Source of the DNA: Mytilus californianus
Taxonomy: Eukaryota
Length of the DNA: 64,000 bases
NCBI RefSeq assembly: GCF_021869535.1
Contig: NW_026262648.1
Location: forward strand, 558,001-622,000
Direction of reading: 5' to 3'
Below the pieces are notes generated by a model, which saw only the letters and a program-made list of their open reading frames with translations, ran no database searches and was not told the DNA's origin. The position numbers and the translations under genes are program-made. Below, piece after piece: positions 8,957 to 21,260 of the stretch. Positions within the stretch are counted from its first letter, which is position 1; each line of letters begins with the position of its first letter.

Positions 8957-11674
8957 ATGAACATCAATGATTATTTTAAACAACTTAGAGCTATTAAACA
9001 AAAACAAATTAGAACTGAACACCACTTATCTAATTTAACCCATTATGTGTATAATGAAAGTATTCCTAACGGACTACAAATCAAGCTTATGCCACAAACA
9101 CCTGGCAATTTATCCAACACATTACTTCGCAAATGGGATCAAACCCTCTACCATTGTTCTAAGCGGTTAATGGTCCTCCTCAAACAACACTGCGAAGAAT
9201 ATCTGAAAACTCTTACTGGCGAATTTAACACCCTTTCAAATAGCTGCAAAAAAGATCTCACATCTGACAATTGTGATGCTATCAGTGCTCGCCTTAAAGA
9301 CATAACAACCATACAATCTCAAAATTTGAGTGAAAGGCAGAAAAGAAAATTCCGTAGGGATGGCATCGAACATATCAATCCTTCTTTACCATCTGAAAAA
9401 AAGAGAAAACGAGTAAGGCGCTTTAAACGTAGGTCACTAGAGACTGATTCGCCCTCTAACATTGTGGTCAATCTTTCCAAACACCAGTTAACGGAAGCTG
9501 AAACATTTCTTCTCTCGAGAGGCTTAAATTTCTGTCCTTTACCTGCCCCTGTCAATGAAACTAAATTGTCGGAAGACCTTGACAATTTTGCCAGAAGTCT
9601 ACGCATTAAGGAATATTTCGCGTCGAAGGAGAACAACAACAGATGCTCGGATAGCGACTCAGAAATTTCAGAAGACGAAAACAACTACAAATTTATAAAA
9701 AAGAGTACTTGGATCCCTAAACCGAGCAAAAATGCCACCTTGGAATCATTTATTGACAATTTTAAGTCGGACATTATTAGAAATACTAGACATAACAATA
9801 AACCTTTTGACAATCTTACCAATGAAGAACGAACTGCACTGAAAAACTTACGATCTAACGACAATATCGTCATTAAACCTGCAGACAAAGGCAGTGCAGT
9901 GGTTGTCATGGATAAATCTGCCTATATTCAAGAGGCTGAACGACAACTTGGCGATGCAAGGTTCTACCAAAAACTAGACTCTGATCCTACAACATCTTTT
10001 AGCAGAGAAATAACTGATAGTTTGGTAGAAATGCACAACGATGGTTTCATCGATGAAAAGACTCTAGAATATTTGAAACCAGAAAATCCAAAACCGGGCA
10101 GATTTTATCTTTTACCTAAAATTCATAAGGCCAATAACCCAGGAAGACCTATAGTTTCAGCGAACGGTCATCCGACGGAAAAAATATCGGAATTCGTTGA
10201 CTTCCATCTTCGTCAACATGTTGAGGACTTACCATCTCACATCAAAGATACTACCGATTATCTTAGAAAATTGCAGGCCTTAAATCCACTCCCCTCCGAC
10301 ACGACACTTGTCTCTATGGACGTCACCTCCCTCTACACGAATATTCCACATGCAGATGGCATTGATGCATGTAAAGAAGTTTGGAATTCCCGACCAGTGA
10401 AATATCCACCTACTGAATGCCTGGTCAAGTTGCTCACGCTGGTACTCAAAAACAACAACTTCACTTTTGATGGAGACCATTATCTGCAAGTTAATGGAAC
10501 TGCTATGGGCACCAAAATGGCTCCATCATATGCCAACATATTTATTGGCAAATTAGAAAAACAACTCCTTGAATCTTCCATCTAAAAACCGCTTTCCTGG
10601 TTTAGATTTATAGATGATGTGGATATGAAATGGAATAAAAGTGACGAGGATTTAGATACATTCATCACTCATGCCAACAACATACATCCAAGTATCAAAT
10701 TTACTCATGAGAAATCTAAATCCAAAATCACCTTCCTCGATACCTCCAGCTCGCTCACAGATGGCATCATATCCACTGATCTATATTCTAAGCCTACTGA
10801 CACTCACCAATATCTGTCCCCTAAAAGTTGCCATCCTGCTCATTGTACTAAGAGCATCCCGTACAGTCAGGCACTCAGAGTCAAGCGAATATGTTCCAAC
10901 TCAGAAACAACTAAAAAACAACTACGTCAACTCGAAACCCGCTTGAAGAGAAGGGGCTACAAACACAAAACTATCCAAAAAGGCTTTCAGAAAGCGGAAA
11001 CTATTCCAAGGAGTAAACTGTTAGAATACAAATATAAAAAGAAAAATAAAAGGACTCCATGTGTTCTTACTTACCACCCATCTCTCAAAAACAGCTTCGG
11101 TGTCATTCGTGAGCATTGGAAAACAGTTGAAAAGAATTCCAAACTATCCAAGATTTTTCCCGAGCCTCCCATGATAGCTTTTAGGCAACCCAATAGTCTG
11201 CGTAACCTGCTGGTGCGGGCTGAAGTGTCTGATAATAGAAGTAATTCTGGAGAATGTCGTTCGTGTGATGAAAAACGCTGCAAATGCTGCCTACAGATGC
11301 ATCACTCATCAACTTTTCACAGTAAGGCAACCGAAAATAACTATAAGATATTTTGCAATGTTAACTGCAAAAGTATGAATGTTATTTACATTCTAGAATG
11401 TTCGGTTTGTGGCCTCCAATATGTTGGTGAGTCAAAGCAGCCTTTCCACAAACGCCTCAATGGCCATAGGAGTGATATCTCTAAGAAGCCACTTCTCCCA
11501 GTTTCTCAGCATTTCAGACAGTCTGGTCACACACTTGATGACTTTAACCGCATGAAGATCCTAGTGATTGAACAGAACATTCACTGGAGTGATGCCCAGC
11601 GACAGGTTCGGGAAAGCTTTTGGATAAAGGAACTAAATGTACATCATCCAAACGGCATCAATAAAAAATACTAA
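8957..11674 (+). CDS. PLE RT + GIY-YIG polyprotein (905 codons) interrupted by a single in-frame TAA at 10583-10585
   Basis: ORFs 8957-10585 and 10619-11674 are in the same frame (SSI*KPLSWFRFIDD). RT motifs KPADKG, LPKIHK, DVTSLYTNIP, GTAMG, FIDD. Cys-rich linker CRSCDEKRCKCC. Endonuclease motif VIYILECSVCGLQYVGE. Confidence 0.92.
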
Positions 11675-11831
11675 GTTTTATTTTTCACTCATTTTGGGTT
11701 GTAAATATACACAGTCACGTATATTTGAGTATTGAGTTTTGTTTTATATTATGATGTTCAGGATTTTGGATTAAATCAATAGACCAAAACTTACCTGTAT
11801 TATTGAGCTATTTTTATACATATTATCAGTA

Positions 11832-11903
11832 TTGTTAAAATAATTGACACCGAAGAAGGCTATTTGTTAAGCCGAAATATTTGTCAACACGATTTATTAA
11901 CAA
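11832..11903 (+). ncRNA. Minimal hammerhead ribozyme-like motif, downstream pseudo-LTR
   Basis: Identical to 8662-8733. Confidence 0.7.
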
Positions 11904-12045
11904 CATCTTCGTATAATACCATCTTATATTAGTATCGTTGTGCAAATCTCTAGACTTATATAATTTTTTTCCTTATCTGCACAGTATCGTCTATTCTAGA
12001 CGATCCGGTACATAGTAAATTTGCTGGTTGGTCCTTTTTATAGAC

Positions 12046-12048
<3 letters not shown>

Positions 12049-12082
<34 letters not shown>
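12049..12082. repeat. (TA)17 microsatellite at the PLE 3' junction
   Basis: Read directly from the sequence. Confidence 0.95.
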
Positions 12083-12085
<3 letters not shown>

Positions 12086-13267
12086 GAAAGCATTATGTGT
12101 TTTAATTGTCTTTATTTATTCTTCTAGTTGTTATGGATATGTATTCCAATAAAAAGAATTCCACAGTTGATATGTTAAGGATATATTCTTCTGATGTTTC
12201 AGTCTCGTTGAAATATCATTCGGGAATTTCCAAAACATTTGATACAAGTGGAAAATATCAACGAATTAAAAGAATATAATAATCAAACTAAACTCTGTGA
12301 AAAAATTGTGTACAATAAGTAGTTTTTGAGTAATAAAATGTTCAATTTTTATAACAATCCGGTCAGTGTCATCAGCAAAAATGTTGAGAAAATGGGTGAG
12401 GGGTACAGATAAATGATTTTACTAAATACATGTACATCCCATATCAATTTTTTCTTTTCAAAATTCTTAGATATGTATTGTTTTAATCATTTATAAACAA
12501 GAAGTTGAAATAATATGCTTTTTGTTAAAAAAAATTAGAGAAAAATCCTAAATTCACAAAATTGACAGCATGGTAAATTTGTTACGAAAAAGCAACACAA
12601 TTTTATAAAATTTTCTAATACTAACACCAACCTATAGTTTTTTTAATTTAAATTTATTCAGATTGGTCCACTTCATCTTTAGTGAAAGTAAGAACAAAGT
12701 TTAATTATGAAACTGATTTTGTTCATGACAATAGCACAAAAATGGGAAAATCATTAAAAACGGGGTACTTTTTATGTGACTATAGCAAAAAAAGAAGTGA
12801 ACTACCATATCTGTTATTGTAAATAATGTTAAACTCACGCTTACTTTTATAAACATGAAGCGGTTTCGAGCTTAATATTCTGTATATTCTGATTAAAATA
12901 GGCATCCGTCTATTATTCACGACTGTGTTTTAACTCTAGATGTCTTTACTTTTCCATGTCATTGATTTGCTGTCTCCTCAATGTATACCTAATATCTCGT
13001 TTTATCAAAATCTGAAGGGTTGTCACACTAGAGTAAAGAAATATTGCTATTTCTGTACTTCACCAGTCCAACAGTTCACCCTGGTTTAAGTGGGGCGTCC
13101 TTTTGGCTCTGCTGGATTTATAAATACGCAGGCATGTCCGTCCTAAATGGGATCGTTTAACCGGTACATAGAGGTTAAAAAGTGCAATGTTTTGGTATTA
13201 TCAATACTTTGGGATGAGCTCGGATATGAAAAAAAATCAATGGCGAACCAAATGTTTGGAGAAAGAT

Positions 13268-13480
13268 TTGTTTTAAAAGAGAGGCGAAAGATACCAAAGG
13301 GGCATTCAAACTCAGAAGTCGAATATAAACTGACAACGCCATGGCTAAAAAAGAAAAAGACAAACAGACAAACAATATTTCACAAAACACAACATAGAAA
13401 ACTAAAGACTGAGCAACACAAACCCCACCAAAAACTGTGAGTGATCTCAGGTGCTCCGGAAGGGTAAGCAGATCCTGTAC
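13268..13480 (-). repeat. Dispersed repeat family B copy
   Basis: AAGAGAGGCGAAAGATACCAAAGG...GATCTCAGGTGCTCCGGAAGGGTAAGCAGATCC, matching 44100-44310. Confidence 0.8.
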
Positions 13481-14468
13481 TATATGTGACTATATGTGTT
13501 CGTGTCGTTTATATTGTTGGATCATTGCATGAAGATGATTTGTTTTTCTAATTAACGAATGTCCATTCTTCAAAACTTGATCCTTCATCTGAAATGAATA
13601 TGCTTTTTAAATTTAGAAAAATATGTCATTGTTTCAAAGAAAATATTTCTTAAAGTAAGACATATTCCTCTGATGTGTCGGTTATTTTTTCATTAACATA
13701 ATTATATATCATACATTGTCATATCTCTGTATATTTGTCTAAGAAGCTAAATTGTTAATGTATATGCAATTTCACATATTAGTTGCTGTTTTTGCTCGTT
13801 ATTTAACAAAATTAGACTGGTTGAGTTTAAAAAAAAACTAAATACTCAGTGAAAACCTGCTTCATTTTCCCGCGACTGTCCGATGTCGGGAATCTCGTCC
13901 CTGGTTGTCTTATGTCATGTTTTGAGGAATAAGGTGTTGATTATGTTCGTAGACTCTAACTGATTGGGGGTTCATATACTGCATATTTTTAATGATTGTA
14001 TGTAAGACGTGATCTGATTACAAATGTATTATATCTTTCAGTCGCTGTCTCATTACCGTGCATTCTCTTTTATTCTTATTAATTTATGTAATCTTAAGCT
14101 AAACTTATTACTAGAAGTGTTTGTAAAAAGTAAAGAAATAAAATTATTTCTCAGTTTCTAAGTTAAGCATTTATATCATGTACAGGATTCAATTGGAATT
14201 AAAAAAAAAAAAACAAATGTTTTCATGGTTTGCATCTCGAGAATTCAAACTGTTTTGTCTGTTCTTATAGTATGAAAATAAGAAGATGTGGTATGATTTC
14301 CAATGAAACAACTCTCTACAAGAGACCAAATGACACAGAAATTAACAACTACATGTAAAGGTCACCGTACGACCTTCAACAATGAGTAAAACCCAAACCG
14401 TATAGTCAGCATTTGACATATTCTCCATGAAAGTGTAGCTATGATCAAACTATTCCATTTGTTAAGTA

Positions 14469-14610
14469 CTGGCCTTGCGGTCATAAAAATTTCAAGCACG
14501 ATTTTCGTACTCAGACTCAGAAATCAACCAATCAAAATCCTGGATTTGATGTTTCGAGCACAAATTTTGTACTCCGAGTACTGAGTAAAGCTTTATGACC
14601 GAGAGCCCAG
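14469..14610. mobile_element. Small MITE with imperfect terminal inverted repeats
   Basis: Left end CTGGCCTTGCGGTCATAAA versus reverse complement of right end CTGGGCTCTCGGTCATAAA. No clear TSD. Confidence 0.6.
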
Positions 14611-16499
14611 ATCAAAATGGTTTGTATAACTTATATTTATCGGTAAGAAAATCATTTTTCACTTCTAGATATTATATGATTGTTTATATAAGTATTCAAC
14701 GATTTCATTTCTTTTGAATTTTAAGATAGTCATCTGTCATTGTTCTTGTGACAATTGCGTAGTTGCTGTTGACTTGTTATAAACATACCCAATGTTTTCA
14801 TTTTTACTTAAAGTATATGAAAGAAGGATTATGACCTGACAGTTGTACTGTAGCTACATTAGCTGGATTGTAAGCGCTTTGATTATATCAGCCGTTGGTT
14901 CTATGGATGATATCACGACCTACATATATAGCTAATAATACATTTGAGATGAAAAATATAATGTTATATTCTGTTATTACTCTATCAATGCACACACAAT
15001 TATCTTGGTAAGAATATGCAATCGAACCGAAGTCAGATTTACCATTACAACCAAATTGCATGGTCATGCTGACGTCATTTCTAAATTGAGGCATTCATGT
15101 TTCATTTTTGTTGTTTGTTTTAATCAAATAGCTTCGTATCATACAATGATGTCGATTTTTTTACCAAAATATATATCTAAATGAAAAAAAAGCCCACATC
15201 GCTGCTTTTTTACCACCGTGAATGGGTTTGATAATACAAATATCTGAGACGTAACTGAAAACACGAGCACATCAAACTAAATGAGATCTAGACACTCAAT
15301 ATGTAAATGTCACCGAACTAACACACACACGGACAGGAAAAATAATCAGTACGAGAGGAAAGTCTGTCTGGTTTGTCAAGTTTATAGGTTGATTCTAAGA
15401 AACAATCCTACCTCAAAGTGGTTATTTATATCGTCATGAAACTTTCGGATTTGAATTAAAAGTTTATGGAACTTAGTTGTGTTACGAACACGTCAATTGA
15501 TTCTAGTTTTTGAATGCGATGCGCTGTTCATACATGTAGAATGGGTCTATGTTATTGTGAACAATATGATACAGTTTAATTCTACTTTTTGATAAGATTT
15601 TGGACTTTGGTATGCTTTAAAGTAAAGAGATAAACAGACATATTCACAAACGTTAGACTAGAAAAAAATCTAAATAAATATGTTCTGATATTGACTGTTA
15701 CCAGGCCACTCTTCACAGGATAAAAGATTTCAGACTGAAAAACTACCATACGTAGTTACATATTTCTACAAGCATTTTGAAAAGGCGAAATAATAACACG
15801 TTTCTTAGTGCTGCATTTATCAATCCAATATCTTGTTTCTTTCAGTGATCTTCAATGCTAATTTGTACAGTCAATTTGCACTGAATATGTTTTGTTACAT
15901 TTTAATATGACAAGTATCTAAATTTTCATTGCAGTTAAGAAATCGAAAACTCTGCGTCAACACTGAAGATATGCTTTTCAAATATAAGTTTTTTGTTACT
16001 ACAAAAGTGTCCATATCAATGGGAAAAATAATGTTCTCCAGCGTGTATTTTTCATAAACCCCTATTTGTAAGCAAGTGGGTTGAAGATGTTAAAATCCAG
16101 TGGAATACTAGATCAATACTAATAAGTATATGTTAGATTATTCATTAAATCTATTTTATCATCTAAATTATATGCGTATAATACGACCACTTGATTAACT
16201 AATCGATAAATGTACATCACTAAGACTTACATCCTTCGTTGATTTTGTGCTCAGTGTTGAATCTGCAGTAAACAGATATTTGAACAATGACTATATTGAC
16301 ACATCTACGCACAAAATATACGACAAGTTATCGTTACTTTAAAATCATGTGGTCATTATTTCTTCATTTATGACTTCGAGTTCAATTTAACAACGGAGTT
16401 AACCATGTCAAGAGTAAGGACATATTTGATACTAGGGGAACGGAAACAGTAAACTCTTCCAAAAAATGGGGATGGAAAAAAAAACGAAATAATGTATGA

Positions 16500-16670
16500 A
16501 TTCATGATCGAAGATACTTCTTTTTGTGTTGCTTAATCATAATGCTCTTCAAATTCGTACTTTTTTGGTCTTTCTAACTTGTTTGATTCGAGCATCATTG
16601 ATGAGTCTTTTGTAGAGGAAACACGCGTTTGGCGTTTATTGTTTTTATCCTGGTATCTATGAGGAGTTTA
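16500..16670 (+). mobile_element. Repeat family D carrying a decayed minimal hammerhead motif
   Basis: TTGATGA-GTC-TTTTGTA-GAG-GAAA-CACGCG-TT-TGGCG at 16598-16634. Related copies at 29771-29798 (+) and 44909-44955 (-). Confidence 0.6.
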
Positions 16671-16869
16671 TTATCCTTTGTGTAATATGCTTCGTTCAAC
16701 TTTTCATCATTTTTCTCTGTCCTTTGTTCTGCCTGTGACATTGTTCCTCTTAAGTTGTGTTTTTGTTTGCCATTTTGTTATTTACTTAATGCCTTAGCTA
16801 AACGTATTGTCTTGATAAAAACAAATCAATCGAAGATGATGATTTTTTCCAAGCTAACTTGCATTTGAC

Positions 16870-17350
16870 AGTGAAAAAAGAGGCGAAAGATACAAAGGGG
16901 ATTTTTAAAATTCAAAAGTCAAAACAAAACTGACAACGTTATGGCAAAAACAAAACAAACAATTACGAAAAGACAAACAACAGACGACAACTCACTACAT
17001 AAAACAACTTAAGAATGAGTAATCATATCCTGCTCCACATGTGGTACCCGTCGTGGTGCTCATATAGGTACGAGTTCGGTGATGAGTCACATTCAAAGTA
17101 AAAAGGATGGGATTGTTGATATGACAATTGGAACATATCCATTGTCAGCTGTGAAACAGATGTTCCATGATGGTTAACCAACTCATGATGAGATCCGTTA
17201 AACGTGTAAACAGATAATTTAAATTTTTCCTTTGAACCTTTAGTTAAATGGCTCCCTTTTTAAGCATCAACCCACTATCAAGGTAATCATGATTTTAAAC
17301 ACAAGCTCTTGAATATTATATCAACTGAACGATATTTACTTCATATGCAG
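16870..17350 (-). mobile_element. Naiad-type PLE RT C-terminal fragment with family B tail
   Basis: The - strand gives decayed AY.V..VQLI*YSRAC...HHELVNHHGTSVSQLTMDMF, followed by the family B sequence. Confidence 0.65.
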
Positions 17351-17451
17351 TTATAAAGTAGTAGTCGACAAAGAATTATGCAAAATCCAAATGTTGTTTT
17401 CTTGAAAGGCTACAAATGTTAATTTTGTCAATCAGTTGCAATATGAGTGTA

Positions 17452-17745
17452 TGATTGATTGATTGTTGGTTGTGGCAAATATTTCATGCATATTCAGGAC
17501 GAGAACAAAATAACAATATATGAAATAAGTAGGTCCGGTAATCGAGGCCGTCCGGGATGATGGTCCGGGAATTTGAGACTGCCACTAAAAAATTAGGGTA
17601 AAATGGATTGTGACAGAGATTTTGCCTTGTAACAGGCCACTTACGGACCCTTTAATGAGTTGTTGCAAGGGTTCTTAACGTGCAGAGAGCGTAATAACCT
17701 CTCTACACGAGGCATCAAATTTAACGTCCCCATTCTGACTAGACT
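17452..17745 (-). mobile_element. SINE fragment (CORE-SINE-like body, (AATC)n tail)
   Basis: The - strand has AATGGGGACGTTAAA...GCACGTTAAGAACCC, then a tail ending CAACCAACAATCAATCAATC. Family assignment is from recalled consensus only. Confidence 0.55.
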
Positions 17746-18499
17746 ATAGCTTGCTGTTCGGTGCGAGTCAAGGCTCCGTGTTGAAGACCGTACTTTGACC
17801 TATAATGGTTTACTTTTATAACTTTTGACTTGGTTAGAGAGTTGTCTCATTGGCACTCATACCACATCTTCTTATATCTATAATATGTGAATTTATATCC
17901 TAAAAGATTTTTAGATATAAAACAAATCATTTCTTGGCTTTCCAACCATGAATAACATTTTACATGATTCTGATATGGACTGGTACTTAAAACAAAGAAT
18001 TGTATCCACAATGTCCAAAACAACTGATCGGTCCATGCAAGCCTTAAACGATAATACTATTCTATATTATTTTATGTCATGTTACGATCATAGAAGCCAT
18101 AACTACATGATCTGAATGTAAATTTTTAAATAAAGTGCATACGTTTGTACACATTTTATTCTATCATCGTGTAACGGTTGTCCATAGTATATAATACGTT
18201 GTATACAAACGATTTCGACGTGTCCGCTGTTCAGAATCTGTAAAGGATACATGTACATGCATATGGTAGTAAAGGGTTTTGAGAATTGCTTTTTCTTTAT
18301 TACGACCAGTGAAAAATTTCCGATCGTTTCCATTTTTTACCAAATATTAATGTATAGCAATCGGAATTTAGTTCAAAATATACTTACTGTCATAACGAAA
18401 AAAAAAGAAGACATTTGTTTGACTTTTTTACACTTTACACAAGCATTCTCCATTCAAAAATAAAAAACAAATTGAAAGAGTTGGTCCTGCTTTGTTTCA

Positions 18500-19550
18500 T
18501 AATGTATCTTGTTTCAGGAAGGGATAAATCACTCTGATTCAAACAAACAATTCTCTGAAACTGACATTATCAAGATGCTTGATATCTTGATTGACAAAAT
18601 ATTTGCTACGTTTGGAGGTCATGTTTTTCAACAAACAATCGGCATTTCCATTGGAACTAACTGTGCTTCTCTTCTTACCGACACCTTCTTTTATTCATCA
18701 TGTTCATATGAGGCTGACTTCGTAGGAAGAAGGAAAAGAAGTTAGCAGTATCCTTTAACTTTACTTTCCGCTATATGCATGATATAGATGATGTTTTCTC
18801 ACTAAATAACTCTAAATGAGATGACTATGTTGAACGCATCTATTCCATCGAACTTGAGATAAAGAATACAACAGATACAGTTAAGTTTGCCTTATATCTT
18901 GACTTACATCTAGAAATTGACAATGAGGGCCGGTTAAAAACAAAACTTTACGACAAAAGGGATGATTTCAGCTTCCCAATTATGAACTTCCCATTTCTAC
19001 GTAGCAACATTCTAGCAGCACCTGCATACGGAGTATATATCTCCCAGTTGACACGATATTCCAGAGCTTGTATTGCCTATCATGATTTCCTTGATAGAGG
19101 GTTGCTGCTCACAAGGAAGATATTAAACCAAGAGTTCCAAGTGGTGTAGTTGAAATCATCCCTTCGTAAAGTTTACGGACGCCATCATAAGATGGTTAAT
19201 CGTTATGGAATATCCGTTTCACAGATGATAGCGGATAGGTTCCAATTGTTGTAACTACAAACCTGCCACCCTTTCCCCGAATGTGACCTACCGAATTAGA
19301 CTTATTACCGGGTTTGTACTAGCATGAGCAACACGACGGGTGCCACATGTCAAGCAGGATCTGCTTACCCATCCGGAGCACCTGAGATCACCCCTAGTTT
19401 TTGGTGGAGTTCGTGTAATTCTGTCTTTTGTTTTCTATAGTGTGTTTTGTGTACTGTTGTTTGACTTTTTCTATTTTAGCCATAGCGTTGTCAGTTTATT
19501 GTTGACTTACGAGTCTTAATGTCCCTGTGGTTTTTTTCGCCTCTCTTTTT
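18500..19550 (+). mobile_element. Naiad-type PLE copy 3 (second subfamily): RT core and thumb + family B 3' tail
   Basis: FSETDIIKMLDILIDKIF..FGGHVFQQTIGISIGTNCA, KTKLYDKRDDFSFPIMNFPFL, PAYGVYISQL. Frameshifts and stops present. The ORF end near 19250 runs directly into family B. Confidence 0.8.
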
Positions 19551-20041
19551 TAAATGGTAAATATCTATCGATTCAAGAAAAAACATTTAACTTATCAATG
19601 CTGGTATTGCAGAAAAAATCCGGGAAAGATGAACGCAATATACAATATACAGAATTAAATTGGCTATCAAAATAAGCATAACAAAATATTTAAAATGCTG
19701 ATAAAGAGAACAATAATTTGCTATACTTCCAGATAAATTTGATACAAAAACGACAAGCATTGTACAGGAAGGTACATCGTGTGCAATGCCAAAAAGAAAT
19801 ATTCACGTCATTAATCAACAGGAAAAAAAGTTGTTTAAATTAGTTGCATTACTATCAAGCAAGAATTAGCTGTTTTTGAAACCTTGCAAAAAAACTGTAT
19901 GTCTTTCCAAACGTTTGGAGTATTTGTTTCGAAATAAAATCGGAATTTCATAACGAGGTTGTTTGTATATAAGCCGTACGCAGTCAAGAGAAAAATCATA
20001 ACGATTTATATATACATCATAAAATTTATAAGTTATCTTAC

Positions 20042-20143
20042 CTTTTTTCCTTTTGTCTTTACATTTTGTACAACAAGCAGCAACCGTGGTAGCAACAGTA
20101 CACACCATTATTATTACATTTATTGCAAAGCTTATACCTTTAA
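20042..20143 (-). CDS. Possible transmembrane exon of an unidentified type I membrane protein
   Basis: TTTTTTAAATCAG acceptor and GTAAG donor. 102 nt, phase 1-1. Encodes KGISFAINVIIMVCTVATTVAACCTKCKDKRKK. A possible next exon at 18237-18164 would give DSEQRTRRNRLYTTYYILWTTVTR*. Confidence 0.4.
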
Positions 20144-21044
20144 CTGATTTAAAAAAGATTGCAGAGTAAATAAAAGAATAAGCAGTAATGCAAAAGATCA
20201 AATCAAGTGTGTGTGTAGATATAAAACCTTCATAGCAAAATATTCTATAACAGTATTGATTATATTGTGCTTTCACTGTGATATATTTGTAAATACACAC
20301 TTTGCTTCATTTGTTGATTGGTATTGTTTTCTATCGAGCGAAATATCATGCATTGTATAATTGCGCTTCGAATATATGTGTACGATGATAACCTGTTGCA
20401 TCCAAGGAATTGTAAACAAGGGTGTTCGAGTTAAAATACAGAAAAAAGTAAGACAAGCAATATTACTACAGACATACAAGGAAGTAACAATTTATCGACA
20501 ATTTGTACATTTTCCCTTTGATCTCACTGTCTAATAATTTTTCAGATTATGGTCAGGACATCATACTCGAAAATATTAGGCAATGACGTCATGTATGAGC
20601 GCAGGAACGTTACGGGCTCAAGTCCATCCGCGTCATTTTATCAGTGAAAAACACGCGACTTCATTCATACAAACGAACAACTATCACAACAGTTTGTCAT
20701 TCTTTTATACTGACTTCATCAGCTCGAATATCAGGTCGCCTGTGCATAAAGCCATTTTCCTATAGGTATCAGCTAGGGCATATGGTTTAATTGCCATCGC
20801 TTGATAACCAGTATGTTGATGATGTACTTTCTTTGTACGAATGCACCATCAGCTCAATACAGGCAACAGTAGTATACCGCTGTTCAAAGGTTATAAATCG
20901 ATTGGGAGAAAACAAATCCGGGTTAAAAACTAAAACCGAGGGAAACACATCAACTATAAGGGGAAAACAACGGAACAACAGAAACACTGTAGTGCAACAA
21001 AAACAAACGCCAACATTCATAGAAACGAACTATTTGATTTAGAA

Positions 21045-21260
21045 TTTGATGCGACTGTCATACAAGTGAGAGGCTTAGCGCTATAAAACCAGGTTCAATC
21101 CACCATTTTCTACATAAGAAAATGCCTGTACCAAGTCAGGAATATGACAGTTGTTGTCCATTCGTTTGATATGTTTGTGCTTTTGAATTTGCCATTAGAT
21201 TGGGGACTTTCCGTTTTGAAAATTCCTCGGAGTTCTGTATTTTTTTATTTAACTTTTTTT
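21045..21260 (+). repeat. Dispersed repeat family C copy
   Basis: GTCATACAAGTGAGAGG...CTATAAAACCAGGTTCAATCCACC...GTACCAAGTCAGGAATATGAC. Also at about 26060-26280, 30550-30760, 46200-46510 and 61940-62150. Confidence 0.85.

Larger units (their letters stand above)
7828..12053 (+). mobile_element. Young Penelope-like element (Neptune-type) in partial tandem with 1056-bp pseudo-LTRs
   Basis: 7828-8883 repeats at 10998-12053 (offset 3170); I see only 2 mismatches (7921/11091, 8793/11963). Flanked by (TA)5 at 7819-7828 and (TA)17 at 12049-12082. Confidence 0.95.

Noticed and set aside
9319-11283. - strand ORFs overlapping the PLE.
   Set aside because: Antisense shadows of the RT-EN frame.
14888-15094. 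- strand ORF with CNGK...NCVCID resembling a lectin fragment.
   Set aside because: No convincing splice sites or further motifs.
20545-20790. Slightly GC-richer stretch after a TTTTTCAG acceptor.
   Set aside because: All frames have early stops or lack recognisable motifs.
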